62,672 nt of DNA, filler included, from Globobulimina sp. (GCA_003354225.1; 41 parts of 41 records of this genome joined end to end with filler, not necessarily neighbours in it); one strand, 5' to 3'. Positions 49,199 through 61,294 are shown, counted from the first letter of the whole stretch. Made by a program: numbers and translations. Notes: a model not told the origin generated them from the sequence alone.

Positions 49199-50008
49199 AT
49201 GAATGGAGCGGATGTGGGTGATAATGGACAACAATTTTGGAGTGATTTAGAACGCGCGAAACAAGAATCACTTAAAACTGCGCATACAAAACAGAATAAT
49301 AACGTAGCAGTAGAAAATAAGATGGATTTTCGAGATTTGAACAGTCCGCAGATAGCGACTTATGGAGTAGGCGTAGATAATCATTTAAATTATGGACAAA
49401 GCCAACATCGAGTGACCTATAATAATAATAATGCAGTTGCAGCTGATGATGATGTACAGTTAGCAATGGCTTTAAGTGCATCAATAGCAAAGGAGGCAAG
49501 AGCTAACAATGAAAATGTTGAACTAGAATTTGAAATAACTGATCATAAACCAAAAATAGCACAAAAACAAGAGCAGAAAGAACACGATTTCTTAGATTTA
49601 ATGTCTATGGGTATGGCTAATGAGGAGAATAAAGAGAATGAAGAGAAAAATACTATTTACAATGATAATGATCCATTTGCATCATTGATTCGACAATATA
49701 GTAATGAGAAAAAGGGGAATAATAATAATAATAATGAGATGGATATGGATATGGAAGAGGTGCTCTTTGAGAGTAATTTGTTTGGTGATAATTTATCCAA
49801 TGATAGGATGAATTTAATGGATGATGGAAACGTTACAAATCATATGATTTCAGCAAAGGATAATAATCCATTAATCTCACCAGTTGACAAAAATACAAAT
49901 AATAATAATAATAATACATTTAATTATGATGAAACTGGCAATGGAATGGCACTCAGAATGGAGGATAATTTATGGAGAATGCTTGAAAAATCATTAACTG
50001 ATCAATGA
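49199..50008 (+). CDS. UIM-containing Asn-rich protein (probable terminal exon)
   Basis: DLERAKQESL and DDDVQLAMALSASIA UIM-like motifs. Confidence 0.6.
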   Translation: MNGADVGDNGQQFWSDLERAKQESLKTAHTKQNNNVAVENKMDFRDLNSPQIATYGVGVDNHLNYGQSQHRVTYNNNNAVAADDDVQLAMALSASIAKEARANNENVELEFEITDHKPKIAQKQEQKEHDFLDLMSMGMANEENKENEEKNTIYNDNDPFASLIRQYSNEKKGNNNNNNEMDMDMEEVLFESNLFGDNLSNDRMNLMDDGNVTNHMISAKDNNPLISPVDKNTNNNNNNTFNYDETGNGMALRMEDNLWRMLEKSLTDQ

Positions 50009-50592
50009 ACATAAGGATAACATATAAAAATATATTTCTTTTTCTTATTGTTTCAATTAATAATGGCTTGTGTGTATCATTTGTTTTTGTATTTATTGCG
50101 TCATTTCATTTGCGTGAAATTGGAAAACAGAATAATGTTCAATTTGGAAGTTGTGAATTGTGATACATTTGACATAGTGAAAGAATAGTAATTTGTGTAA
50201 TGTACAGCAATAAAAAAACTCAAGGTTTTTCGAGCAAGACTTCAATGGACAATACTAGCAAATCAACCACACGAAAACAAACAATTGCCAGATTGGATCG
50301 ATTTAATGACATTCCATTGCTCCCTGCTCTGCAAAAAACATTTAAAAGCAATCGACTCCTCGCAACAGCATCCTTTTTATTAATTTTATTAATTAACTCC
50401 GTGACGCCATTATCCTTCGCCTGTTTATTGTANNNNNNNNNNNNNNNNNNNNNNNNNNNNNNNNNNNNNNNNNNNNTTAATTAATTAANNNNNNNNNNNN
50501 NNNNNNNNNNNNNNNNNNNNNNNNNNNNNNNNTGTTTTGCGAGAGTTATATAGCTATAATTATATTGTGTATAATTTGGAATATATTCCCTC

Positions 50593-50704
50593 TCCTGCCT
50601 TAACATGTATCCATATCTGATGATTAAAACCAATAATTACTTTTTTTTATTTTTTATTTCCATTTCATCATCCTGCCTTAACATGTATCCATATCCGATG
50701 ATTA
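50593..50704. repeat. Direct repeat of about 34 bp (TCCTGCCTTAACATGTATCCATATCYGATGATTA), two copies
   Basis: Copies at about 50593 and 50671 differ by one base. Confidence 0.8.
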
Positions 50705-50986
50705 TAATTAGTACTGCGCAACGTTTCTCATGCATCCAACTAACTGAACTAAGATGTTTTTAACATTTAACATTTTCAATGCCTGACCATGTTTTCGTTG
50801 CATGGCTTCTAACTCTCGGTATGGTTTCTTTTATGTATTTGATTTGGGATTTATTCACCCATACATATACATAAACAAATGTTAACGTCGCGGTCGAGAT
50901 ATCGATCAACATTATGGTTCAAAATAAACAAAGTCATGGGATCAAGTACCATGCAACAATGATTACTCAAACAACAACAACAACAA

Positions 50987-51260
50987 CAATGATTATGCGA
51001 ATTGCCTGACCATACCAGGCCATCAATGACTATGCGAATGCCGGCTCAAACCGGCCAACAATGATTATGCGAATGCCGGCTCAAAGCCGTATGTTTATGC
51101 GTGGTTTTATGGCATTGTTGGTGCCGTAGAGAGAGAGAGAGAGCGTGAGGGGAATACGGCGAAAGCCGTTGATTATGCGAGGTTTTATGGCATTGTTGGT
51201 GCCGTAGAGAGAGAGAGAGCGAGAGAGGAATACGGCGAAAGCCGGCTCATACCGGCCAAC
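50987..51260 (+). repeat. Composite GC-rich repeat array with hairpins and (GA)n tracts
   Basis: Three CAATGAYTATGCGAAT units, then two units of about 70 nt TTATGCG.GGTTTTATGGCATTGTTGGTGCCGTA(GA)n...TACGGCGAAAGCCG. Confidence 0.8.
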
Positions 51261-51326
51261 ATTGGCCCAATTCTGTACTGCAAACCCACCCATTAAATAA
51301 AAAAAAAACAGAAACGAGGATTGTGA

Positions 51327-51962
51327 TCAATAAAATAATTTGGCAAAAGCTAATCCCACTTTGCCATGAACACCTTTCTTGCATCTTTTTTTGTATTTAA
51401 ACTGCCATCCACGCGAATACGAGCACTGGTATGTTTTTTTCAACTTTTTATGGATTCTTTTGCATTGTTTTGATATATAAACTGGTGATGTTACCACCTC
51501 ACCTTTCTTGTTTCCAATAAGTGCAAAATTAATGAATTCCCTCTCCACATCAAATGTTTTTGATTTTACTCCGCAATTTCTATGTAGTGTTCAGTGAGTT
51601 AGCTCGTTGTCATATAATCTGCAAACAACAAACCGTTTATTATTTGTTTTGAAATGTTTAGGACCTTTTTCAATCCATTTGTAAACATTCGTTCTTTCTC
51701 CTTTATATTGTTTATATTTTCGTAGCTCGGCAGCGATATTGACATTATTTCTCCCTTTTTTTTTTATTTTCTTGCCAATCTTTTTCGCAATTTTACGTTT
51801 TTGTTTATTTGTTATAAATTGTCTTCTTGTTTTGTTTTTTTTCTTTGATTTTTTTGACTTTCTTTTTTTTTTACGTTTTTTACGTTTTTTTAAGTTATTG
51901 GGTGGCAAAACATTGATGGAATTGGTGGCACTTGGTGTTGGAATTAGTGTTGGAACTGGTGT
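51327..51962 (-). CDS. CENP-B/pogo-like tandem HTH DNA-binding protein without DDE domain; 54-nt intron 51580-51633; 5' partial
   Basis: RRQFITNKQKRKI...TNVYKWI (psq-like HTH); spliced VEREFINF...SRGWQFKYKKR (CENP-B HTH-like); Lys-rich NLS. Confidence 0.55.
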
Positions 51963-52091
51963 NNNNNNNNNNNNNNNNNNNNNNNNNNNNNNNNNNNNNN
52001 NNNNNNTTAATTAATTAANNNNNNNNNNNNNNNNNNNNNNNNNNNNNNNNNNNNNNNNNNNNTTGCTTTCGTTTGGTCTGACAGGAGTGCC

Positions 52092-52331
52092 ATGGTCATT
52101 CAACTGTTTACATTTTGTAACGTTGACGTTTATTATAAGATACCAATCACTCAATGTGATGCATTCAAAGATTATAACGGTAATCTTGAATCATTGGAGC
52201 AAACAATGGAACATATAAAATCTATATTTGAATCAAAGCAACCAGATCGTCCAGACATTGATCCAATTATTACATATTTTAGTTGTGCGTTAAATGATAA
52301 TGATATTGAATTCATGTTTAGCGATCTATAA
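52092..52331 (+). CDS. G-protein alpha-subunit-like C-terminal fragment
   Basis: PITQCDAFKDYNG...HIKSIFES...TYFSCALNDNDIEFMF resembles the G5 (TCA) region. Confidence 0.5.
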   Translation: MVIQLFTFCNVDVYYKIPITQCDAFKDYNGNLESLEQTMEHIKSIFESKQPDRPDIDPIITYFSCALNDNDIEFMFSDL

Positions 52332-52525
52332 TATAAATCATGAAAACACAAACAAATGTAAGCATTTTGGTCTTCATTATTAAACATCAACAATTCAGAG
52401 AAAACTATTCAACCAACAAAAACGATACATTTGTAACGACAGCATGGTGCCAAGCTAGCCTATACTTCAAATTATTTTACTTTGAAATGGGTGTAAAAAC
52501 GCAAAGGCACCTTTTGTAGTTAAAA

Positions 52526-53492
52526 TTACAATTTTGCTTGTCTCGCAATAAAATCAGTTAACACTTCCGTAGCACCCTCTGCAATTCCCATAACACAAAC
52601 CTCCCTATAAATACGCTCCACGCGCGATCCAACACCTCCTCTCAGATAGGATCTGCCACCAAAGATTTGGGACGCTTCCCTGGCACACAATTCCATACAT
52701 TTCGAAGCATCAATTTTAATCATAGCCATCAATGGAGCTAACTTCCTTTGTGTTATCCCCTCACACATTTGATATGTTATCTGTTCCATCAAACTCTGTG
52801 CATTTTCAACTTTAATCATCATTGCAACCACTTTATGTCGGATCACTTGGTGCTTTATCAATAACTTATTAAATGTTTTACGTTTCTGCGCAAACTTAAT
52901 GCAATCCTCCAAACAACATCTTGCATATCGAATTGCTGTGGCTGCCATGGCAAACCTGCCATGATTAAAATTCTCCAAAATGGGTATAAATCCTTGGTCA
53001 ATTTCGCCAATAATGTAAGTCTTTGGTACGCGAATATTTTTGAATATAAAATACGTTGTATTCCCCAACCACCAACCTTGTGTTTTCATTTTATTTCTAT
53101 AAATTGCACCCATTACGGATGTATCTCCGTTGTTTATCTCATTGATATCAATAACAATGAAGGATAATGCGGCGAATTTCTTCTTTTCACGGTTGGTGCG
53201 TACTGCTAATGTTATATAGTCCGCATTCATTCCGTTGCTGATAAAATATTTCTCCCCGTTGATGCGATAATATTTATCTGGTTCGTGTGGATCGTTTACC
53301 GCAAAACAAGCAATATTACCAACATCTGAGCCGGCAGTCGGTTCAGAAACACCTAAACACATTGTTTTGTTTCCGGTGATACACTGTTTACAGATGGTTT
53401 CTTGCTTCGTTTTATCCGTAATTCCGTATTTTACGATGGGTAAAAGTGCCAAGCCAAGCGGTAAAAAACATGATGCCATTAAAACACCACTG
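52526..53492 (-). CDS. Acyl-CoA dehydrogenase with C-terminal PTS1 (AKL), 5' partial
   Basis: LGVSEPTAGSDV, INGEKYFISNG, RKTFNKLLIKHQVIRHK, QIFGGRSY, IAEGATEV; ends QAKL. Confidence 0.9.
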
Positions 53493-53772
53493 NNNNNNNN
53501 NNNNNNNNNNNNNNNNNNNNNNNNNNNNNNNNNNNNTTAATTAATTAANNNNNNNNNNNNNNNNNNNNNNNNNNNNNNNNNNNNNNNNNNNNACTGTCGG
53601 CTGCTAGTTATATAAAAATTGGGCTATGCTTCAATGGTATTCTTTGCATACAGATGCTAGCTCACTTCAAGAAAATCTTAAATCTTAAAAACACGGACCT
53701 CAATGACTACAATTCTGTACATGTTTATATTTTTTGAACCAAATTTGTACGTGTTTATGTGTTAAATTTTTT

Positions 53773-54951
53773 TTATTGCGATTCAACAATCATTGACCCC
53801 AAAACATGTGGAAGTGTTTCATTCTTTGATACCAGCGCAAATGTCAAATAATCATTTGATTTTGCATAATAATTTGTAATTAATTTAACTTTACTGGGCA
53901 TATATATTGGTAACTTAAATGTACTCACCACTTTTATCGGATATTCATAAATAAACATATTCTTTTTATAGCCATATATATCTTTAATTTCAGTTAAACA
54001 CTTTTGCAATGACCACATTCCATGAACTATGGCACTTTTATAACCAATAAACAGCGCACTCCATTTTGTCAAATGATGAGGACTGAAATCTCCAGTTATT
54101 TTCGCATAACGCATACCAACATCATAGCAAATATCAATCTCCTTTTTCACAATCTCATTCTCTTTATTTTTCTTATTATTTACAGCAAATTCTACCTTCC
54201 ATTCGTTCTGTTTTCTGGATCTACCTTTTGTTTTATTCCTGGATAATAATGTCTCAATACTCTGATACACCATTTTGGATTCATTTGAACCCGTTTTTAG
54301 TAAGTAAATAAAAGTGGTTATATCCACTTCAATGCCTTTCTTAGTGTCTCGTATTTGCGTCAAAGAGGTGGTTATCTCATATTTATCATTGATGGACAAT
54401 TGTTGGTACATTGTAATCTCAGTTCCAATATGAATTAAACCCAACGGAGATAATGGAAACTCATCTTTGCAGACAATGTATGGAGTTAAGGCAAATCGCA
54501 TTGCGTCGAAATAACAGATTGAAATATGTTCAAAATGTTTGGTTTTAAATAATTTATTATAGGATACTAAATGTAAAGGGTCAATGGAGAAGGAATCAAT
54601 GGTGGCTTCAATTTGTGAGAAATATTCATAAATCTCTGTTTGTGGCTCCGTTGGAGTTTTTTCAGTCGGATTTAACGCATTTATGGTATGGATGGGTCGG
54701 TTTTGTGCTTTGTTTGGTTTGGGTTTATGAGGTGATATTAATTTGCAATATTTTAATGGGGTTCCTTGGGATTTGACGATTGAAAATAATATAAATTTCG
54801 GTAATAATGAGGGAATGGATGGTAATTTATTTACATGATAACATCGTTGTGCGGATGGGTTTAACTTATTTAATTTGTTGCGATATGATAATAAATATAT
54901 AATGAGAATAGTTGCTACACCGAATAGCAACAATCCTACAAACAACAGCAT
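53773..54951 (-). CDS. MaoC-like double hot-dog (R)-dehydratase with an N-terminal membrane anchor, intronless
   Basis: FPLSPLGLIHI; RYAKITGDFSPHHL...A...GYKSAIVHGMWS; FKLPIYMPSKV. Confidence 0.75.
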   Translation of the reverse strand: MLLFVGLLLFGVATILIIYLLSYRNKLNKLNPSAQRCYHVNKLPSIPSLLPKFILFSIVKSQGTPLKYCKLISPHKPKPNKAQNRPIHTINALNPTEKTPTEPQTEIYEYFSQIEATIDSFSIDPLHLVSYNKLFKTKHFEHISICYFDAMRFALTPYIVCKDEFPLSPLGLIHIGTEITMYQQLSINDKYEITTSLTQIRDTKKGIEVDITTFIYLLKTGSNESKMVYQSIETLLSRNKTKGRSRKQNEWKVEFAVNNKKNKENEIVKKEIDICYDVGMRYAKITGDFSPHHLTKWSALFIGYKSAIVHGMWSLQKCLTEIKDIYGYKKNMFIYEYPIKVVSTFKLPIYMPSKVKLITNYYAKSNDYLTFALVSKNETLPHVLGSMIVESQ

Positions 54952-55760
54952 CGTAAATTTAGTCTCAAAGTAGGTAAAAGAGTTTTTGCGATCAACATAT
55001 GCAAAGTTTAGATATGTAAATANNNNNNNNNNNNNNNNNNNNNNNNNNNNNNNNNNNNNNNNNNNNTTAATTAATTAANNNNNNNNNNNNNNNNNNNNNN
55101 NNNNNNNNNNNNNNNNNNNNNNTAGTCATCAAATATTCAAAAAAAAAAGAATGTTTCTTCCGCGGTAACACCGATTAATATTAAAAGAAACTAAACGATG
55201 CCATATTTGAATCAAAAGAATTGTTTATTTATTTATGATTTGTTATCTATTTCCTTACTTATTATTAAAGAAAACAAATTGCCAACAAATCATAAACATA
55301 AATTGGTTGCGTAAACTTCTTTTAATAACAATAAACTAAACACAATCAACAAAAAAAGCAATCAGCTCAATTTGTATGTCATTCCAATTCTAAATTAAAT
55401 CATGGGATAAATTTATTTAATTTAATGTTTTGTTTCTTTTTCCATTTAGATTCGATCTCTGCCATTTTGTCAACAGAGATGTTATTAAATAAGATGAAAT
55501 CCATTATTTGCCGCATGTATTTGAGTTAGATTACAATCCGAATTCTTATCACCTTGTAACCACTCATAACCATCGCATATTTGACCCAATTTAACAGCTT
55601 TACCAACAACATCTGTTACCATTGAGGATCCTGCTCCTTTATCCACTTCTGCCTTCTCATCAAAATCTGAATCATCTCTTCCCGTTTAATTCTCTCTGTG
55701 CACTTCCGTAAGACTCTCACTTTGAGAAAGGGAAAACTTGTAAAACGTTTTACATTTTTA

Positions 55761-56552
55761 ATGATGAGCACTAAAGAGTTTATGGGTAATGCACATAACA
55801 CTCGATCGTTATTAATTGTTTCTGGTTTTATGCGAGAATTATTAGATATCGATATATCTTCATCCGAAATATTAATGTTAAGCTATTATATTTTAACATT
55901 TTACAGATGCACCTTTCAAATGTATGGCATCGGGCGTCAAGAATCCGGCGAATTTGGTTTTGGTAAACATCGCACACAAAAAGATGGTTTCATTCGTTTG
56001 CAACAAAAAGATGGTTTCATTCGTTTGCAACAATGTAATATATTTCGCGGCAAGGAAAAATTACAAATTTTAAGTGATGATAGAAAATTATATTCCGCCG
56101 GCTTCAACGAACGAGGTGAATGCGGTGTGGATTCCACGCGATATAAAATTACAAATTTGACTCAATGTGCTTTCAATGAAAAAAATGATTTTATAAATTA
56201 GTGAGTGACGGCGTATGGAGCAATCACACAATTTGTCAAGTTTCAGATGGTACTTTTTATGGATTTGGTATTAACCATCACGGCGAATATGGTGATAATT
56301 ATAAATCCTACACATTCCAAAACAGTCCAATAAAATTAGCGTTTTTAACAAGTTTTTTTAATGTGAAATGTCGAAATATTATTAAAATAGCCACAGGTTT
56401 CGAACATACATTATTTTTGACATCGAATGGCGTTTTGTATTGTTGTGGCAATAATGATATTGGGCAATGTGGCATAGATCAAGAGCCAGATAATAAATGT
56501 CATAGATTTAAACAGAAAATGAGGCCACGAGCGGTATTCCAACAAAAGCAAA
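55761..56552 (+). CDS. RCC1-repeat protein, 3' partial, with a frameshift near 56198 and a 27-bp tandem duplication
   Basis: LYSAGFNERGECG, FYGFGINHHGEYG, IATGFEHTLFLTSNGVLYCCGNNDIGQCG. Confidence 0.75.
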
Positions 56553-56652
56553 NNNNNNNNNNNNNNNNNNNNNNNNNNNNNNNNNNNNNNNNNNNNTTAA
56601 TTAATTAANNNNNNNNNNNNNNNNNNNNNNNNNNNNNNNNNNNNNNNNNNNN

Positions 56653-58082
56653 GGCTAACCAACCAATCCATGTATCCTCATCCTCCTCTTCCTCATCATC
56701 ATTTATGTCCTGCTTATCTTCATCTTTCTCCTCAATGAGTAACTCTGTTGGAATGCATCCAAGCTCTAAATCAGCATCAGCAATACCAGTGAATTTAGCA
56801 TTGGCGCCATCGATTTGGTCCTTCATCCATTCCGTTAATAAATGTGGAGAGCCATTTTTCTGTTGGTCTCTGCCGTTGTCGTCAGACTTTCTTTCTTCGA
56901 AATCATTGGCAAAAGCAAAGTCATCTATAATATTCTGGGTCTTTTTCTTTTTCTCTCGCGGATCGGATACTAATTTTTGCAGAAAAAATTCGTAATTTGT
57001 CTGCGGTTTAAATATGAAATCTTCCTCAATAATCTCTTCTTCCTCCTCATCAATCATGGTCCAATCGGTTTGTGTTGCATCTTTTTTCTTTTTCGTAGAT
57101 TGATATCTGTTATCAATACCTTTTGAGAACAACGGTGCACGCAAGACATGAGCTAGTCGCTGCTCACTGATCTGTAAACCTATATTATGTGTCACTAATT
57201 GCGAGGCACACATAGCCCCTAAATATCCAATCTGTTTATTTAAGTCTAGCAACCAATTCTTGTCCTTATTATTCTCATCTAATATATATTTTGGTGCCGT
57301 ATACCCTGTGATGATAACTTTAAATCCCCAGCGAGATTCCGAGGCCACATTATCATTGAAATTGGTCACTGTGGTGAAATTGATTTGGAATCGATTGCCT
57401 GGAACCATTAATACAGATTCAGGCCATTGCGCTAATTTATATTTATCAAATACAGAGTCTATATATTTATTCCCTCCAAATATCTCCAAATAATCTTCTT
57501 TCTGTGAGGTGGCGCAACGCGAATCAAACTGTAATACCATAAATTCAATGTGTTTGGGGAAGGTAATCTTGTACGCATTTACATGAGTGCCGTCGTACGG
57601 ATGTGGTGATTCGACAATGGTACTCATTCCATGCTCAGTATCGCAATTTTCACCCATACTGCTCTGCGATTTGCTTGACTTGCTCGATTTGCTCGATTTG
57701 GGTCTGGAGGGATATTTTTGTTCGTCGTCGTTATCGTCCGTTATGACAACAACTGTTGCTGGTTTTGGTGGAGTAGCAATGTCTTGGTATTTATCAATCA
57801 AATTTGTTAATCCGTTCATCTCCGATAATAATTGCAACGACAATCTGCCCAAAAATGAGAAATTTTCCCAGCCATTTTGTATTAAACACGACAAATTCAT
57901 CAATAAATTTGGCAGAATAAAGCGCAAATTATTATTTTTCATCAATAAATTGTACAAAATGGGTGAGATTTGCTCAAATTCCGCAAATGATTTGGGTTCA
58001 ACATTGCTGATAGTTTCAGATTTTTCCGTCGAAGATAACAAAGTTTGTGCTTTACGGATTTCTTTTAAAAATAACAATGCTG
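56653..58082 (-). CDS. Fragment of a giant protein with a ZZEF1/HECTD4-type CUB-like module (probable ubiquitin ligase)
   Basis: VESPHPY...ITFP...LQFDSRCAT...DYLEI...WP...VPGNR...RWGFKVIITG. Confidence 0.6.
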
Positions 58083-58182
58083 NNNNNNNNNNNNNNNNNN
58101 NNNNNNNNNNNNNNNNNNNNNNNNNNTTAATTAATTAANNNNNNNNNNNNNNNNNNNNNNNNNNNNNNNNNNNNNNNNNNNN

Positions 58183-59204
58183 TTTTTTTTTCGTTTTTTT
58201 GATATTCTTTTTATTGAAAAAATCACCAAATCGTTTTTGCAATTTTCGTAAATAATCATTATTGTTATAAACAATATTCTTTTTCTTATATTTTGGATTG
58301 AGATAATATTTCCCATTACTTTCTGAAACATATTGTTGTTTACATAATGTATCCAATACAATTAATATCTCATTCTTTTGTAATTTAAAACCTTTTTCAA
58401 TCTTTCGCTGAGCACATGATTGCTCGCTAATTATTGAATGCAATACTGAATCAATTCTATTTTGCAATTTTTTAGTAATAAAGACTGAATTTTTATTATT
58501 ATTGACTGAGTTTGTGTTTATTTGCGTTGCTTTCAATTCCTTTAAACTCTCAATTTGCATTTTTAAAAAATTTAACTCTGCCGCCATGGCATTATTTGTG
58601 TCATTATTTGTGTTATTATTTGTGTTATTATTCATTGCTTTCAATGCGTTTAATTGATCAATTTTCGTTTTCAATGAAACTAATTCAGATTTCATGTCAG
58701 AATCTGGATATTATTATTATTTTTTATGTAAATATAATGTTTTTAATGTGTTTATATTTACTTAACATTCGCTTGTTGTTTAAACGAATTGTTTGTGTTT
58801 TCAGATCGATGTCTTTCTCGATCATAATATGGATATTTTGGTGCTGGTATTGGAGGACTGGGGGTTTGTGGATAGCACTCCCTTTTACGTCTGTTACGCC
58901 TACGATATTGCGTAGGTTCTATTGAATCATATTCTCGCTCAAATCCATCAAAATAACTATAGTTTGTTGCCACATTTTCGTTTCTATTCATTGTATAATT
59001 TGGCTCATTTCGATAATGTTGTGGTTGATGTTGATAATGTTTTTGTTCATATTTATAATAGTTTGGTTCGCGCCGGCTTTGTTGTTGTATTTCATGTCTT
59101 TCATACGTTTTATAGGGGGGATTTCGTTGCTGTTGATTTGGTGGAGTGCGTCTGTAATTGCGATCGTCTGTGTAGCGATCGTATGGAGTACTTCTTCTGT
59201 GCAT
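58183..59204 (-). CDS. Hypothetical protein(s): Arg/Tyr/Pro-rich ORF 58758-59204 and coiled-coil ORF 58183-58695, possibly one gene
   Basis: Two co-oriented ORFs separated by about 60 AT-rich nt; splice phase not resolved. Confidence 0.4.
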
Positions 59205-59339
59205 TATTCTGGTAAAAAAACAAGTTTTTCAGAGTAGGTGTTTTTGATGAAAAAGTAGTGAAATTCAATGCAAAGTGAGTTATTTCGATGAAAACATTGT
59301 TTTTCAATGGAAAGTCATTGATTTTTCTAATTCACGGTG

Positions 59340-59612
59340 TTACAGTATATGTTTTGTTTTTTGTGTCTTTTGTGGCAACGCTGATAAAGTTTGAACGGCG
59401 GAAAATACGAATGGAATGGATAAAGGTTGCGATGCGGATAAATCTGATATTAATTTAATAAATGAAGGAGAACCCATTGATATGGACTCTCTATCGGTCA
59501 TGCCATGCTTTATCAAGAATTGTTTGGCCTGTTCGAGATGGTTTGCTTCGATCCATTTATCAAAATCAAAATCATCACCTTCACCTTGCATTTGGTCATG
59601 GATTGTTTCTTC
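59340..59612 (-). CDS. Short SAM-like domain ORF
   Basis: FDFDKWIEANHLEQAKQFLIKHGMT resembles a SAM N-terminus. Confidence 0.4.
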   Translation of the reverse strand, partial: EETIHDQMQGEGDDFDFDKWIEANHLEQAKQFLIKHGMTDRESISMGSPSFIKLISDLSASQPLSIPFVFSAVQTLSALPQKTQKTKHIL

Positions 59613-59712
59613 NNNNNNNNNNNNNNNNNNNNNNNNNNNNNNNNNNNNNNNNNNNNTTAATTAATTAANNNNNNNNNNNNNNNNNNNNNNNNNNNNNNNN
59701 NNNNNNNNNNNN

Positions 59713-61142
59713 TTGTGGTTGAAACGGTATTTCCATTTATTGCTATGACTCTCGCATATATTCAAAAGCTTATTGAGGTGGGATATTTTGTTGGCAGTGA
59801 GGATGATGTCGTCTGCGTACAGTGTGCAGGCAATGGGTTCATTGGGGTCAGGGGAAGCTGCGCCCAGTCCGGACTGTTGTAGTTCTTCAATTAAATCATT
59901 TAGAAATGCCGCATATAACACAGGCGAAAGGACGGAGCCCTGTAGGACGCCATTGTGGAGGAGGAATTTATTTGTGATGAATGGTAGGTCTCGTATGGCT
60001 GATTGGGAGTTGTCATAGATGGCTTTCAATGTTTTACAAAGGTTAAGTGGTATATTGAACTGTCTGTGTAATTTATAAAGGAGGCCTTTTCTCCACACAG
60101 TGTCGAACGCTTTACGGATATCCAACAGCGCAGAATAGAGCGGGACATTTCTCATTTTGGCAGTTTCTGCAATGAGGTTGATAGCGCCTATTTGCTCTGG
60201 CACACCGCGCTTTGACCTATTGCCACCTTGCAGGATGTGTAGATTTCTGCGGAACTTGTGGGCTATGCTCATTTCCCACAGGATCAGTCGTTCGTATGTT
60301 TTAAATATTATCGGCAAGAGGGTTATGGGTCTGTACTGGTTGGGGGTGTCGCCTGTTTTAGTCTTTAATATTGGTATTATGGACCCCAACCGCCAATAGT
60401 ATGGTATATAATATGTGGCATTCCATGTATTGAATAGGATGCACAGTAAGTTATTTATTTGGTATCCATTTGTTTTTAGGTGAATCGCTTTTATCCCATC
60501 ATAGCCCGGGGCACTATTTTGGTTGGCATAGGATACGGACATTTCAATGGATCGATATTTTATCTTTTTATGTTTATTCGAAGCGGGAGGGTCTTCGCTG
60601 TGTGCTTTCTCCTCCTCTTCTTCGGTTGATGTGCGTTCAGGCAGTAATCCCGGTGTTTGGTTTTGTATATCCTGTATGACATCGTTATCACTGTCCTGGT
60701 CACTCTCATGGTGTTCTATGTTGTATAGCTCATTAATTAACGGCTGGGTCGGCGGTATATAGTTGGGATCATAGTGGGGAGTTATTATGTCGTTCTCTCC
60801 GGAGTCATAATCCACTTGCTGTGCATCAACGTTTTCAAGTGGCGGTGGTATATTCAGGACAGCACTTTCCTGTGAGGCTGGTTTATGAGGGATGAACAAA
60901 AGGCCATTACGGCAATGTTCATGCAGTTTATCATTGAAAGTATTTATGTCGTTTAATTGCGGATTATTGGTTGGGTCATCAATTGGTCCATTTATTTCGC
61001 AGAAAAATTGGGAGAGCGCGGTATTTTTATCCATTATGGTATCTTTATATTTAAGGTGAGGTTCATCCAATATGAACTCTTTGTTTTTATTATGCATTTT
61101 GAAGGATTTCAGTTTATGAGAATGATCCAAGTTATTGAATCT
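59713..61142 (-). mobile_element. Non-LTR (LINE) retrotransposon reverse transcriptase, partial
   Basis: SAPGYDGI, YRPITLL, LLDIRKAFDTVWR, GVLQGSVLSP, LYADD; frame open across the contig. Confidence 0.93.
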
Positions 61143-61294
61143 NNNNNNNNNNNNNNNNNNNNNNNNNNNNNNNNNNNNNNNNNNNNTTAATTAATTAANN
61201 NNNNNNNNNNNNNNNNNNNNNNNNNNNNNNNNNNNNNNNNNNACAATATTTATGTGGCATAAAATAATAATATTTACGTAATGAAAATAAACAT

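Noticed and set aside
1434-61242. Regularly spaced TTAATTAATTAA as a CRISPR-like or biological repeat
   Set aside because: Always embedded in N runs with a fixed 100-nt length; it is a concatenation linker
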